Assembly: GCA_947176775.1 (NCBI GenBank)
Contig: CAMWRY010000001.1
Span: forward strand, 1 to 60,521
Source of the DNA: an uncultured Bacteroides sp.
Lineage (GTDB): Bacteria; Bacteroidota; Bacteroidia; Bacteroidales; Bacteroidaceae
Direction: 5' to 3'
DNA length: 60,521 bases
The notes below the pieces were generated by a model. The model saw nothing but the letters and a program-made list of their open reading frames with translations. It searched no databases and was not told the DNA's origin. Below, one piece after another: positions 45,378 to 55,981 of the stretch (its first letter is position 1; the number at the start of each line of letters is the position of its first letter). The position numbers and the translations under genes were made by a program.

Positions 45378-46646
45378 ATGTTATACGATTTATTTCAATG
45401 GTTGAATAAATATGACTTTCCCGGTGCAGGGATGTTCGGCTATACATCGTTTCGTTCGTTGATGGCCATCATTCTGGCATTACTTATATCAAGCATCTGG
45501 GGAGACAAGTTTATCAATCTGCTGAAGCGCAAGCAGATTACCGAAACGCAACGCGATGCCAGTATCGACCCGTTCGGTGTCAACAAGGTAGGAGTACCCA
45601 GCATGGGAGGAGTTATCATCATCTTTGCCACACTCATACCGTGCCTGCTGTTGGGCAGACTGAACAACATCTACATGATATTGATGCTGATTACCACAGC
45701 CTGGTTAGGGTCACTCGGGTTTGCCGACGACTACATCAAGATATTCAAGAAAGACAAAGAAGGACTGCACGGCAAGTTCAAAATCATCGGCCAAGTAGGT
45801 TTGGGACTCATCGTGGGACTAACCCTCTATCTCAGTCCACAAGTAGTCATCCGCGAGAACATAGAGATTGAAAAGCCGGGAGGAAAGATAGAAGTGGTGC
45901 ATGCCGCCAAGGAAATCAAGGCCACGCAGACCACCATCCCCTTCTTCAAGAGCAACAATCTCGACTATGCCGATTTGGTAAGTTTCATGGGCAAGCATGC
46001 CCAGGAGGCCGGTTGGGTGCTGTTCGTTATTGTTACGATATTTGTAGTCACCGCCGTCAGCAACGGTGCAAACCTGAACGATGGCATGGACGGAATGGCC
46101 GCCGGAAATTCCGCCATCATCGGGATTACTCTGGGAATATTAGCCTACGTATCAAGCCACATCGAGTATGCCGGCTACCTGAATATCATGTACATTCCCG
46201 GTTCGGAAGAGCTGGTTATCTTTATCTGCGCCTTTATCGGCGCACTAATCGGCTTCTTGTGGTACAATGCCTATCCGGCACAAGTATTTATGGGCGATAC
46301 GGGCAGCCTGACCATCGGGGGTATCATTGCCGTGTATGCCATCATCATCCACAAGGAGCTACTGATACCCATTCTATGCGGTGTCTTCTTAGTGGAAAAC
46401 CTTTCAGTCATCTTGCAACGCCTCTATTACAAGGCCGGCAAGCGGAAAGGCGTGAAGCAACGCCTCTTTAAGCGGACACCGATACACGACCACTTCCGCA
46501 CCTCCATGAGCCTGATAGAACCGGGATGTAGCGTAGTGTTCACCAAACCGGACAAGCTGTTCCACGAATCCAAAATCACCATCCGCTTTTGGATTGTAAC
46601 AATTGTACTGGCAGCAATAACGATTATAACATTGAAGATTAGATAA
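45378..46646 (+). CDS. mraY: phospho-MurNAc-pentapeptide transferase
   Basis: PSMGG, DDYIK, NLNDGMDG, FMGDTGS. Confidence 0.97.
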   Translation: MLYDLFQWLNKYDFPGAGMFGYTSFRSLMAIILALLISSIWGDKFINLLKRKQITETQRDASIDPFGVNKVGVPSMGGVIIIFATLIPCLLLGRLNNIYMILMLITTAWLGSLGFADDYIKIFKKDKEGLHGKFKIIGQVGLGLIVGLTLYLSPQVVIRENIEIEKPGGKIEVVHAAKEIKATQTTIPFFKSNNLDYADLVSFMGKHAQEAGWVLFVIVTIFVVTAVSNGANLNDGMDGMAAGNSAIIGITLGILAYVSSHIEYAGYLNIMYIPGSEELVIFICAFIGALIGFLWYNAYPAQVFMGDTGSLTIGGIIAVYAIIIHKELLIPILCGVFLVENLSVILQRLYYKAGKRKGVKQRLFKRTPIHDHFRTSMSLIEPGCSVVFTKPDKLFHESKITIRFWIVTIVLAAITIITLKIR

Positions 46647-46692
46647 AAGAATTAGTCAATAAGAGAACCCATTGGCACATTAGTAAATTGAA

Positions 46693-48027
46693 ATGAATAG
46701 AATTGTAGTATTAGGAGCTGGCGAAAGCGGTGCAGGTGCTGCCGTACTGGCCAAAGTGAAAGGTTTCGACACGTTCGTTTCCGACATGTCCGCCATTAAA
46801 GACAAATACAAGCAACTGCTGGACAAGTACGGCATTGCTTGGGAAGAGGGACACCACACCGAAGAACTGATTCTGAACGCTGACGAAGTGATTAAGAGTC
46901 CGGGAATTCCCAATGACGCTCCGCTCATCATGAAACTGAAAGAACAAGGTACGCCCATCATCTCTGAGATAGAGTTTGCCGGACGCTACACCCATGCCAA
47001 GATGGTATGTATCACAGGCTCGAACGGAAAGACCACAACCACTTCGCTCATCTACCACATCTTCAAGAGCGCAGGACTGAATGTAGGCCTGGCCGGAAAC
47101 ATTGGAAACAGTTTGGCGCTACAAGTGGCCACGGAGCAGCACGATTACTATGTCATCGAGCTGAGTTCCTTCCAACTGGACAACATGTACAAGTTCCGCG
47201 CCAACATTGCCGTGCTGATGAACATCACGCCGGACCATCTGGACCGCTACGACCACTGCATGCAGAAGTATGTGGACGCCAAATTCCGCATCACCCAGAA
47301 CCAGACGCCCGAAGATGCGTTCGTCTTCTGGAACGATGACCCCATCATCAAGCGCGAACTGGCTAAGCACGGACTGCGTGCCCACCTCTATCCGTTTGCG
47401 GCCGTTAAGGAAGACGGAGTAATCGCCTACGTGGAAGACGGCGAAGTGGCCATCAACGAACCGATAGCCTTTAACATGGAACAGGAGGAACTGGCACTGC
47501 GCGGCACGCACAACCTGTACAACTCATTGGCCGCCGGTATCTCGGCCAACCTGGCCGGCATCCGAAAGGAGTATATCCGCCAGGCTCTGTCCGACTTCAA
47601 GGGAGTGGAACACCGGCTGGAGAAAGTAGCCACTGTGCGCGGCATACATTTCATCAACGACTCCAAGGCGACGAACGTGAACTCCTGCTGGTATGCCCTG
47701 CAAAGCATGCCCGGCAAAACCGTGCTCATCCTCGGAGGCAAGGACAAAGGAAACGATTATACGGAAATCGAGGAACTGGTACGCGAAAAGTGCTCCGCCT
47801 TAGTGTACCTGGGGCTGCACAACGAAAAGTTGCACGACTTCTTCGACCGTCTGGGACTGCCTGTAGCCGATGTGCAGACCGGCATGAAGGATGCCGTAGA
47901 AGCTGCCTTCAAGCTGGCCCGGAAAGGGGAAACTGTATTGCTCAGCCCCTGTTGTGCCTCTTTCGACCTCTTCAAGAGCTACGAGGACCGCGGAGACCAA
48001 TTTAAGAAATATGTAAGAGAGTTGTAG
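46693..48027 (+). CDS. murD: UDP-MurNAc-L-Ala-D-Glu ligase
   Basis: SPGIP, ITGSNGKTT, ELSSFQL, NDSKATN, SPCCASFD. Confidence 0.97.
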   Translation: MNRIVVLGAGESGAGAAVLAKVKGFDTFVSDMSAIKDKYKQLLDKYGIAWEEGHHTEELILNADEVIKSPGIPNDAPLIMKLKEQGTPIISEIEFAGRYTHAKMVCITGSNGKTTTTSLIYHIFKSAGLNVGLAGNIGNSLALQVATEQHDYYVIELSSFQLDNMYKFRANIAVLMNITPDHLDRYDHCMQKYVDAKFRITQNQTPEDAFVFWNDDPIIKRELAKHGLRAHLYPFAAVKEDGVIAYVEDGEVAINEPIAFNMEQEELALRGTHNLYNSLAAGISANLAGIRKEYIRQALSDFKGVEHRLEKVATVRGIHFINDSKATNVNSCWYALQSMPGKTVLILGGKDKGNDYTEIEELVREKCSALVYLGLHNEKLHDFFDRLGLPVADVQTGMKDAVEAAFKLARKGETVLLSPCCASFDLFKSYEDRGDQFKKYVREL

Positions 48028-48109
48028 AATGAAAGAGATAAAGGTGATAGAGTGATAAAGGTGATACTACATTATCACGCCATCACATCATCACATTATA
48101 AATGAAACC

Positions 48110-49429
48110 ATGGATTTACTAAAGAGCATATTCAAAGGTGACAAAGTGATTTGGATTATTTTCCTTTTCCTTTGTCTCATCTCCATTACGGAGGTGTTCA
48201 GTGCGGCCAGCACACTGACCTACAAGAGTGGCGACCATTGGGGGCCGATTACGCAGCACAGCATCCTCCTGATAGTGGGTGCCGTCATCGTGGTGCTGGT
48301 ACACAACATTCCCTACAAATGGTTCCAGGTATTCCCGGTATTTCTACTCCCAATCTCTATCGGCCTGCTGGCCTTTGTCATGCTGATGGGATTCATCACC
48401 GGCGACCGCGTGAATGGTGCCGCCCGTTGGATGACCTTCATGGGTATCCAGTTCCAGCCCTCGGAAATAGCGAAAATGGCAGTGGTCATCGTCACTGCCT
48501 TCATCCTGTCGAAAGGGCAGGATGAAGACGGGGCAAGTCCGAAAGCCTTCAAACACATCATGATTATCACCTGCATCGTTTGTGGACTCATCTTGCCCGA
48601 GAATTATTCAACGGGAGTGCTACTCTTCGGAACAGTCTACTTGATGATGTTCATCGGGCGTGTCGATGCCAAAAAGTTGCTGATATTGGGAGGAGGGATT
48701 GTGGCATTCATAACCGTCTTCATCACCTTCCTGCTGGCCACACCGGACAAGACGCTGGCGAAAATACCAATGGGACACCGTTTTACCACCGTGAAATCCC
48801 GTATCGCCGACTTCACCAACAAAGAGGAAGTACCTGCCGCCAAATATGACATCGACGGCAACGGACAAGTGGCACACGCCCGTATTGCCGTAGCCACCAG
48901 CCACATCGTTGGCAAAGGCCCGGGAAACTCCGTACAGCGTGACTTTCTGAGCCAGGCATTCTCCGATTTCATCTATGCCATCATCATCGAAGAACTGGGG
49001 TTGGTGGGCGGCATATTCATTGTGTTCTTCTACATTGTCTTGCTAATACGTGTGGGGCGCATTGCACGAAAATGCGAACGCACCTTCCCTGCTTTCCTTG
49101 TTACCGGAATAGCCCTGCTACTCGTCACGCAAGCACTCTTCAACATGATGGTTGCCGTAGGTCTGGCTCCCGTCACAGGACAACCGCTACCGCTCATCAG
49201 CAAAGGTGGTACGTCTACCTTCATCAACTGCGCTTACATCGGCATGATTCTAAGTGTCAGCCGTTATACGGCCAGACTGGAGGAGCAGCAACGGATGCGT
49301 GACGCCCAAGTGCCGCTGTTGACGGCCGAAGGGAACACTACGAACCCGATACTGGCAACGGACAGCGAGGCGCAGACGGCGGCAGAACCGACAGCGAAAA
49401 TACTGAATAGTGATGCGGAGTTTGAATGA
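48110..49429 (+). CDS. ftsW: SEDS peptidoglycan polymerase
   Basis: GAARW, FQPSE, SDFIYAIIIEELG, VTGQPLPLISKGGTS. Confidence 0.95.
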   Translation: MDLLKSIFKGDKVIWIIFLFLCLISITEVFSAASTLTYKSGDHWGPITQHSILLIVGAVIVVLVHNIPYKWFQVFPVFLLPISIGLLAFVMLMGFITGDRVNGAARWMTFMGIQFQPSEIAKMAVVIVTAFILSKGQDEDGASPKAFKHIMIITCIVCGLILPENYSTGVLLFGTVYLMMFIGRVDAKKLLILGGGIVAFITVFITFLLATPDKTLAKIPMGHRFTTVKSRIADFTNKEEVPAAKYDIDGNGQVAHARIAVATSHIVGKGPGNSVQRDFLSQAFSDFIYAIIIEELGLVGGIFIVFFYIVLLIRVGRIARKCERTFPAFLVTGIALLLVTQALFNMMVAVGLAPVTGQPLPLISKGGTSTFINCAYIGMILSVSRYTARLEEQQRMRDAQVPLLTAEGNTTNPILATDSEAQTAAEPTAKILNSDAEFE

Positions 49430-49432
49430 AGT

Positions 49433-49586
49433 CCCTCCCCCGTAGGGAGGGGGAAAAAGAATGATGGAGGAGGTAAATGAAGAAAAGAGAAAGGCTGAAA
49501 AAGAAAAAGAAGAACGAAAAGAAATATTAGCTATATGAACAAGAATATGCACAACCATACAAACCAGAGTAACTCTGCCCCCCTCC
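49433..49586. repeat. REP-flanked junction element A (ftsW-murG)
   Basis: CCCTCCCCCGTAGGGAGGGG, A-rich spacer, then AACCAGAGTAACTCTGCCCCCCTCC inside the murG 5' end. Confidence 0.7.
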
Positions 49587-50740
49587 GCCTCATCATCAGC
49601 GGCGGCGGCACCGGCGGCCACATCTTCCCGGCCATCTCCATCGCCAATGCGGTGAAAGAGCTGTGTCCCGATGCAGAGATACTTTTCGTGGGTGCCGAAG
49701 GCAGGATGGAAATGCAGCGCGTACCCGATGCAGGCTACCGGATTGTGGGCCTGCCTGTGGCCGGATTCGACCGCAAGCATCTGTGGAAGAACTTCGCCGT
49801 ACTGCTGAAGTTGCTGCGTAGCCAGTGGAAGGCGCGACGTATCATCAAGGAGTTCCGTCCGCAAGTAGCCATAGGCGTAGGCGGCTATGCCAGCGGCCCG
49901 ACGCTGAAGATGGCAGGCATGATGGGCATCCCCACACTGATACAGGAGCAGAACTCCTATGCCGGTGTTACTAACAAGCTGTTGGCCCAGAAAGCTTGCA
50001 AGATTTGCGTGGCCTACGAAGGTATGGAAAAGTTCTTCCCGGCAGAGAAAATCATCATGACCGGCAATCCGGTGCGCCAGAACCTACTGGACCACTCCAT
50101 CCGCCACGAAGAGGCCGTACAGTACTTCGGACTGAACCCGGCCAAGAAGACCGTCCTAATCCTGGGCGGCAGCTTGGGAGCTCGCACCATCAACCAGACT
50201 TTAACTGCCGGCCTGGACATCATCCGCTCTACCCCCGACGTACAGTTTATCTGGCAAACGGGAAAGATATACATCGACCAAGTAAAAGAGGCTATCACTG
50301 CCACGACAGGAGAGGCTGTGCGCAATCCACGCATCAACGCCATCCCGAATCTGTACGTGACAGACTTCATCAAGAATATGGCAAACGCCTATGCCGCTGC
50401 CGACCTGGTAATCTCACGTGCCGGAGCCGGCTCCATCTCCGAGTTCTGCCTGCTCCGCAAGCCGGTCATCCTGGTCCCCTCGCCTAACGTGGCCGAGGAC
50501 CATCAGACCAAGAACGCACTGGCACTGGTAGATAAGGATGCTGCCATTTATGTGAAGGACGCGGAAGCGAAAGACAAGTTGTTGCCGACGGCCTTGGAGA
50601 CTATAGCCAATCCCGAGAAACTGAAGGGTCTGAGTGAAAATATTGCCAAGTTGGCTCTGCCGGATTCGGCAAGGGTGATAGCGAAGGAGGTGCTGAGCCT
50701 CTCCCCCAGCCCCTCCCCCGTAGGGAGGGGAGACAGATAG
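49535..50740 (+). CDS. murG: lipid II GlcNAc transferase
   Basis: GGGTGGH, GGYASGP, QEQNS, TGNPVR, GGSLGA, SRAGA, HQTKNA. Confidence 0.97.
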   Translation: MNKNMHNHTNQSNSAPLRLIISGGGTGGHIFPAISIANAVKELCPDAEILFVGAEGRMEMQRVPDAGYRIVGLPVAGFDRKHLWKNFAVLLKLLRSQWKARRIIKEFRPQVAIGVGGYASGPTLKMAGMMGIPTLIQEQNSYAGVTNKLLAQKACKICVAYEGMEKFFPAEKIIMTGNPVRQNLLDHSIRHEEAVQYFGLNPAKKTVLILGGSLGARTINQTLTAGLDIIRSTPDVQFIWQTGKIYIDQVKEAITATTGEAVRNPRINAIPNLYVTDFIKNMANAYAAADLVISRAGAGSISEFCLLRKPVILVPSPNVAEDHQTKNALALVDKDAAIYVKDAEAKDKLLPTALETIANPEKLKGLSENIAKLALPDSARVIAKEVLSLSPSPSPVGRGDR

Positions 50741-50930
50741 TATGGCTATCGAGAGACTTAACATTGAATGTGGGTGTGCTTCAACGGAAGAATGGCAATA
50801 AGAATGAAAAGAAAGGATTGAAAGAAAAATCAGAGAAAGAACCGAAAGGAGATATTAGATATGAATACAAAACCAAACATCAACCAGAGTAACTTTGCTT
50901 CCCTCCCTACAGGGGAAGGGCTGGATGGGT
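50698..50930. repeat. REP-flanked junction element B (murG-murC)
   Basis: CCAGCCCCTCCCCCGTAGGGAGGGGAG and inverted copy CTTCCCTCCCTACAGGGGAAGGGCTGG, each inside a CDS end. Confidence 0.78.
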
Positions 50931-52303
50931 TCTCGTTCTACTTCCTGGGCGCCGGCGGCATCGGCATGAGCGCCCTGATACGCTACTTCCTCTCCAAAGG
51001 AAACCTGGTAGCCGGCTACGACCGTACCCCGAGCGAACTGACCGAACACCTGATGGAGGAAGGCGCACAAATACACTACGAAGAGAATGTCGGACTCATT
51101 CCGGAAGACTGCAAGGACAAGACAAAGACTTTGGTAGTCTATACCCCTGCCATTCCGCAGGAGCATGCCGAGCTGGCCTACTTCCGTGAAAATGGTTTCA
51201 AGATATACAAACGCTCCCAAGTGCTGGGCATGATTACCCGTAACAGCAAAGGCCTGTGCGTGGCAGGCACACACGGCAAGACCAGCACCAGCACCATGGC
51301 CGCCCATCTGCTGCACCAGTCGCATGTAGGCTGCAATGCCTTTCTGGGAGGAATCTCCAAGAATTACAGCAGCAACCTGCTATTATCTCCGGACAGTCCC
51401 TATACCGTCATCGAGGCCGATGAGTTCGACCGCTCCTTCCACTGGCTCTCCCCCTGGATGAGCGTCATTACCGCCACGGACCCCGACCACCTGGACATCT
51501 ACGGCACCAAGGAAGCCTACTTGGAAAGTTTCCGCCACTACACCACCCTTATCCGGCCGGGAGGCGCCCTGATTCTGCACCAAGGACTGGAGATGCAGCC
51601 CGATGTACAACCGGGCGTGACCGTCTATACCTACGCGCGCAACGAAGGCGACTTCCATGCCGAAAACATCCGCATAGGAAACGGTGAAATCTTCATCGAC
51701 TTCGTGGCACCGGATACCCGTATCAACGACATCCGGCTGGGTGTCCCCGTCAGCATCAATATCGACAACGGCATTGCGGCCATGGCACTCGCCCACCTGA
51801 GCGGCGCCACCGACGAGGAAATCAAGCAGGGCATGGCCAGCTTCCGGGGAGTGGACCGCCGCTTCGACTTCAAGCTGAAGAACGACCAAATCGTATTCCT
51901 CAGCGACTATGCCCATCATCCGGCGGAAATAGCTCAAAGCGTGAAGTCCGTCCGCGAACTGTACCGGGACAAGAAGCTGACCGTCATCTTCCAGCCCCAC
52001 CTGTACACACGCACCCGTGACTTCTACCGGGAGTTTGCAGAAAGCCTCTCCCTGTCCGACGAGGTGATTCTGACAGAGATATATCCTGCACGCGAACAAC
52101 CGATTCCCGGCGTGACGAGCCAACTGATTTATGACAACCTCTGCCCCGGCATCGAGAAATGTATCTGCAAGAAAGAAGAGGTCCTGAACCTCCTCGCAGA
52201 AAAGCACCTCGAAGTAGTGATAGTGCTGGGAGCCGGAGACTTGGACAATTACGTACCCGAAATCACCGAACTGCTTAAACTAAAAATGAAGGATGAAGAG
52301 TGA
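50861..52303 (+). CDS. murC: UDP-MurNAc-L-Ala ligase
   Basis: GAGGIGMSA, AGTHGKT, EADEFD, DYAHHP, FQPH, GAGD. Confidence 0.97.
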   Translation: MNTKPNINQSNFASLPTGEGLDGFSFYFLGAGGIGMSALIRYFLSKGNLVAGYDRTPSELTEHLMEEGAQIHYEENVGLIPEDCKDKTKTLVVYTPAIPQEHAELAYFRENGFKIYKRSQVLGMITRNSKGLCVAGTHGKTSTSTMAAHLLHQSHVGCNAFLGGISKNYSSNLLLSPDSPYTVIEADEFDRSFHWLSPWMSVITATDPDHLDIYGTKEAYLESFRHYTTLIRPGGALILHQGLEMQPDVQPGVTVYTYARNEGDFHAENIRIGNGEIFIDFVAPDTRINDIRLGVPVSINIDNGIAAMALAHLSGATDEEIKQGMASFRGVDRRFDFKLKNDQIVFLSDYAHHPAEIAQSVKSVRELYRDKKLTVIFQPHLYTRTRDFYREFAESLSLSDEVILTEIYPAREQPIPGVTSQLIYDNLCPGIEKCICKKEEVLNLLAEKHLEVVIVLGAGDLDNYVPEITELLKLKMKDEE

Positions 52304-52330
52304 TGAACTCTCCATTAAAAAAAGTGTATT

Positions 52331-53068
52331 ATGATTAAAAGGATTCTACTTTCCATCGTTCTGCTGCTAGTCATTGCCTATCTGGCAGTGGCCGTGACAG
52401 CCTTCAACCGCAAGCCGGCTTCCCAGGTGTGCCACGATATGGAGTTGGTGATAAAAGATACGATGTATGCCGGCTTCATCACGAAGAAGGAAGTAGCTAC
52501 CCTGCTGGAGAAGAAAGGCATCAGCCCCGTTGGGAAAGAGCTGGAACGCGTGCGTTCCAAGACCTTGGAGCGCGAGCTTTCCAAGCATCCCCTTATCGAC
52601 CAGGTGGAGTGCTACAAGACACCGAGCGGCAAGCTTTGTGTCGAAGTGACCCAACGTACCCCCATTCTGCGCGTCATGAGTGCCAATGGCGAAAACTACT
52701 ATCTGGACAACAAAGGCACCGTGATGCCTCCCGATGCCAAATGCGTGGCACACCTCGCTGTAGTGACCGGAAATGTAGAAAAGTCTTTTGCCATGAGGGA
52801 TTTATATAAGTTTGGTGTATTTTTGCAGAAGAATTCCTTCTGGAACGCACAGATTGAGCAAATTCATGTGCTGCCCGGCAAGAAGATTGAATTGGTCCCA
52901 CGCGTCGGCGACCACCTTATTTATTTGGGTAAGCTGGCCGACTTTGAAAAGAAGCTGAAACGTGTAAAAATATTCTATGAGAAAGGATTAAACCAGGTTG
53001 GCTGGAACAAATACTCCCGTATCAACGTTGAATTTGACAATCAGATTATCTGCACGAAAAGAGAGTAA
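52331..53068 (+). CDS. ftsQ: cell division protein FtsQ
   Basis: N-terminal TM, POTRA-like region, position between murC and ftsA. Confidence 0.88.
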   Translation: MIKRILLSIVLLLVIAYLAVAVTAFNRKPASQVCHDMELVIKDTMYAGFITKKEVATLLEKKGISPVGKELERVRSKTLERELSKHPLIDQVECYKTPSGKLCVEVTQRTPILRVMSANGENYYLDNKGTVMPPDAKCVAHLAVVTGNVEKSFAMRDLYKFGVFLQKNSFWNAQIEQIHVLPGKKIELVPRVGDHLIYLGKLADFEKKLKRVKIFYEKGLNQVGWNKYSRINVEFDNQIICTKRE

Positions 53069-53163
53069 GCTGAGTACTGAAAGTAAAAACAACTAATAAA
53101 CAATAAACGCGCCAGCCCATCGGCACCTTAGCGCCCTTGGCACATTGGCACATTGAAAAGATT

Positions 53164-54618
53164 ATGGCAACAACAGATTTCATCGCCGCTATCGAATTGG
53201 GGTCTTCCAAGATTTCCGGTATCGCCGGAAAGAAGAACAATGACGGAAGTATCCAAGTGTTGGCTTATGCACGCGAAGAGGCATCCTCGTTCATCCACAA
53301 GGGAATCATCTACAACATCGACAAGACCGCACAAGCACTGACTTCCATCATCAACAAGCTGGAGAACCAGCTGAACAACGCTATTGCCAAAGTATATGTA
53401 GGCATCGGTGGACAATCATTGCGGACAGTCAGGAACGCAGTAAGCCGTACACTGGAGGAAGAAAGCGTCATCTCGCAAGAACTGGTAGACGAGATTTGCG
53501 ATGAAAATCGTGACGCTCCCCTGATGGACATGATCGTGCTGGATGTAGCCCCACAAGAATATAAGATAGACCATACCCTGCAGGCAGAACCGGTAGGAGT
53601 GGCCGGACGCCACATCATCGGCCAGTTCCTCAACATCGTGGCACGCACCTCGCTGAAAAAGAACCTGGAACACAGCCTGGAACAAGCCAAAGTGGAAGTG
53701 GCCGACGACCTGATTGTTGCCCCGATAGCCCTGGCAAAAGCCGTACTGAGCGAAAACGACATGCGCTCGGGCTGCGCGCTGGTGGACTTCGGTGCCGACA
53801 CTACCACCGTGCTGGTCTACAAGAACAATATCCTGCGCTTCCTGAGCGTACTGCCGCTGGGCGGAAGCAGCATCACTCGCGACATCACCTCCCTGCAAAT
53901 GGTGGAAGAGGAGGCGGAAAACCTGAAACTGAAATACGGAGACGCACTCTACGAAGAGGAAGGCGAAACACCTGCCACATGCAAGGTGAACGATGAACGC
54001 ACCATCGAACTGGCACAGCTGAACAACATCGTCGGCGCAAGAGCCGAGGAGATACTGGCCAACGTATGGAACCAGCTGCAACTGTCGGGCTACGAGAAAG
54101 ACATCTACAACGGCGTGGTATTCACCGGCGGAGGTGCCAACCTGAAGAACCTCGAAGCCGCCTTCCGCAAAGTGAGCAAGATGGATAAGGTGAAAACCGT
54201 ACTCGCCGTGCACGACACCCTGCACGGCATGGACGAGAGCCTGACCAAAGACGGCACCCAATGCACCCTGCTGGGACTGTTCAAAGCCGGCAAGGACAAT
54301 TGCTGCTTGCAGGAAACCGTGGTGGCTCCGCAGCCCGCCACACAGCCCACCACGCATACCGCCACTCCGGAGCCACCGACCGCCGACATCTTCGATGCCG
54401 ACGAGGAACTCCGCAAGCAGCAAGAAGAGAACCGCAAAAGGATAGAACAAGAGGAAAAGAAGCGCAAGGAGAAGCGTAAAAAGGAAGAAGAGGAGAAGCG
54501 CAAAAAGGAAGAAGAGAAACGTCGGAAAGAGCAAAAGAAAAAGCCCAGCCGCTTTGTCTCACTGTTCGAGAAGTTTACAGACACCTTCTTGGACGATAGC
54601 ACCGACAATATGAAATAA
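53164..54618 (+). CDS. ftsA: cell division protein FtsA
   Basis: AIELGSSKI, VDFGADTT, PLGG, TGGGANL; start MATTDF at 53164. Confidence 0.95.
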   Translation: MATTDFIAAIELGSSKISGIAGKKNNDGSIQVLAYAREEASSFIHKGIIYNIDKTAQALTSIINKLENQLNNAIAKVYVGIGGQSLRTVRNAVSRTLEEESVISQELVDEICDENRDAPLMDMIVLDVAPQEYKIDHTLQAEPVGVAGRHIIGQFLNIVARTSLKKNLEHSLEQAKVEVADDLIVAPIALAKAVLSENDMRSGCALVDFGADTTTVLVYKNNILRFLSVLPLGGSSITRDITSLQMVEEEAENLKLKYGDALYEEEGETPATCKVNDERTIELAQLNNIVGARAEEILANVWNQLQLSGYEKDIYNGVVFTGGGANLKNLEAAFRKVSKMDKVKTVLAVHDTLHGMDESLTKDGTQCTLLGLFKAGKDNCCLQETVVAPQPATQPTTHTATPEPPTADIFDADEELRKQQEENRKRIEQEEKKRKEKRKKEEEEKRKKEEEKRRKEQKKKPSRFVSLFEKFTDTFLDDSTDNMK

Positions 54619-54641
54619 CATTCAAACAAAAATCTATAATC

Positions 54642-55943
54642 ATGACTGATATAGTACAATTCGACATCCCGACCGATTCACCGAAAATCATCAAGGTTAT
54701 CGGCGTAGGCGGAGGCGGCTGCAATGCCGTCAGCCACATGTACAACGAAGGTATAAACGGGGTCTCTTTCATGGTCTGCAACACCGACTCGAAATCGCTG
54801 AACGATTCTCCCGTCCCCAACAAGTTGCAGCTGGGCAAAGGGCTGGGAGCCGGAAACGACCCGAAGAAAGGACGTGTGGAGGCGGAAAACAGCATCGACG
54901 AAATCAAGGAACGCCTGAACGACGGCACACAAATGGTGTTCATCACCGCCGGCATGGGTGGAGGAACCGGCACGGGAGCCGCTCCCATCGTGGCCAAGAT
55001 AGCCAGGGAGATGGACATCCTGACCGTGGGTATCGTCACCATCCCCTACCAGTGGGAAGCCGACAAGAAGATTGACCAGGCACTGGACGGTGTGGAGGAA
55101 ATCAACAAGCATGTGGACGCCCTCATCGTCATCAAGAACGACAAGCTGAGCGAAATCTACGGCGAAATGGACTTTGAAGAGGCCTACGACCGCGCAGACG
55201 ACATCGTGCTCGTAGCTGCCAAAAGCATTGCCGACATCATCACCATGCACGGCAAGATAAACCTGGACTTCAACGACGTGCGCACCATCCTGAAAAACGG
55301 CGGCGTGGCCATCATGGGAACCGGTTACGGCAGCGGAGAAGGCCGCGTGAGCAAGGCCATACTGGATGCGCAGACCTCACCGCTGCTCAACAACAACGAC
55401 ATCTTCAACGCCAAGAAGGTGGCCTTCTGCATCTCCTACAGCTCGGAACACAAGCTGATGATGAGCGAAATGGAAGAAGTGCGCGAGTTCATGAGCCGCT
55501 TCAGCCGCGACATCGAGACCAAGCACGGTGTGGAAAAGGACGAAACGCTGGGCGAGAAGGTGAAAATCACCCTGCTTGCCACCGGATTCGGCATGCAGGA
55601 CATCCACCTCAAGGAGATGGACGAACGCATTGCCACCCAGACCGAAGAAGAGCTGGAACGGATTGCCGAAGAGGAAGAGCGCAAACGACTCCGCCGCGCA
55701 CGCTACTACGGCGAGGAAATCAACAACAACGCTCCCCGGCACCGCCGCCGCCACATCTACCTCTTCACGCCCGAAACCATGGACAATGCCGACATCATCA
55801 GCATGGTGGAGAACTCGCCTACCTACCTGCGCGACAAGACCACGCTGAACAGCATCAAGATGAAAGCCGAACAGGAAGGACAGCTCGCCGCCGAAGCTGC
55901 GCAAGAGACAGAAAGCGAAGCAGGAGGAGTCATCACCTTCTGA
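54642..55943 (+). CDS. ftsZ: cell division protein FtsZ
   Basis: GVGGGGCNA, GMGGGTGTG, INLDFND. Confidence 0.98.
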   Translation: MTDIVQFDIPTDSPKIIKVIGVGGGGCNAVSHMYNEGINGVSFMVCNTDSKSLNDSPVPNKLQLGKGLGAGNDPKKGRVEAENSIDEIKERLNDGTQMVFITAGMGGGTGTGAAPIVAKIAREMDILTVGIVTIPYQWEADKKIDQALDGVEEINKHVDALIVIKNDKLSEIYGEMDFEEAYDRADDIVLVAAKSIADIITMHGKINLDFNDVRTILKNGGVAIMGTGYGSGEGRVSKAILDAQTSPLLNNNDIFNAKKVAFCISYSSEHKLMMSEMEEVREFMSRFSRDIETKHGVEKDETLGEKVKITLLATGFGMQDIHLKEMDERIATQTEEELERIAEEEERKRLRRARYYGEEINNNAPRHRRRHIYLFTPETMDNADIISMVENSPTYLRDKTTLNSIKMKAEQEGQLAAEAAQETESEAGGVITF

Positions 55944-55981
55944 ATCCCGATATGTAGAACCAGAGGAGATGCCCAAGTCTT

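Noticed and set aside
54410-54545. Lys/Glu-rich repeat in the FtsA tail
   Set aside because: In-frame low-complexity charged linker before the C-terminal amphipathic helix; not a separate element.
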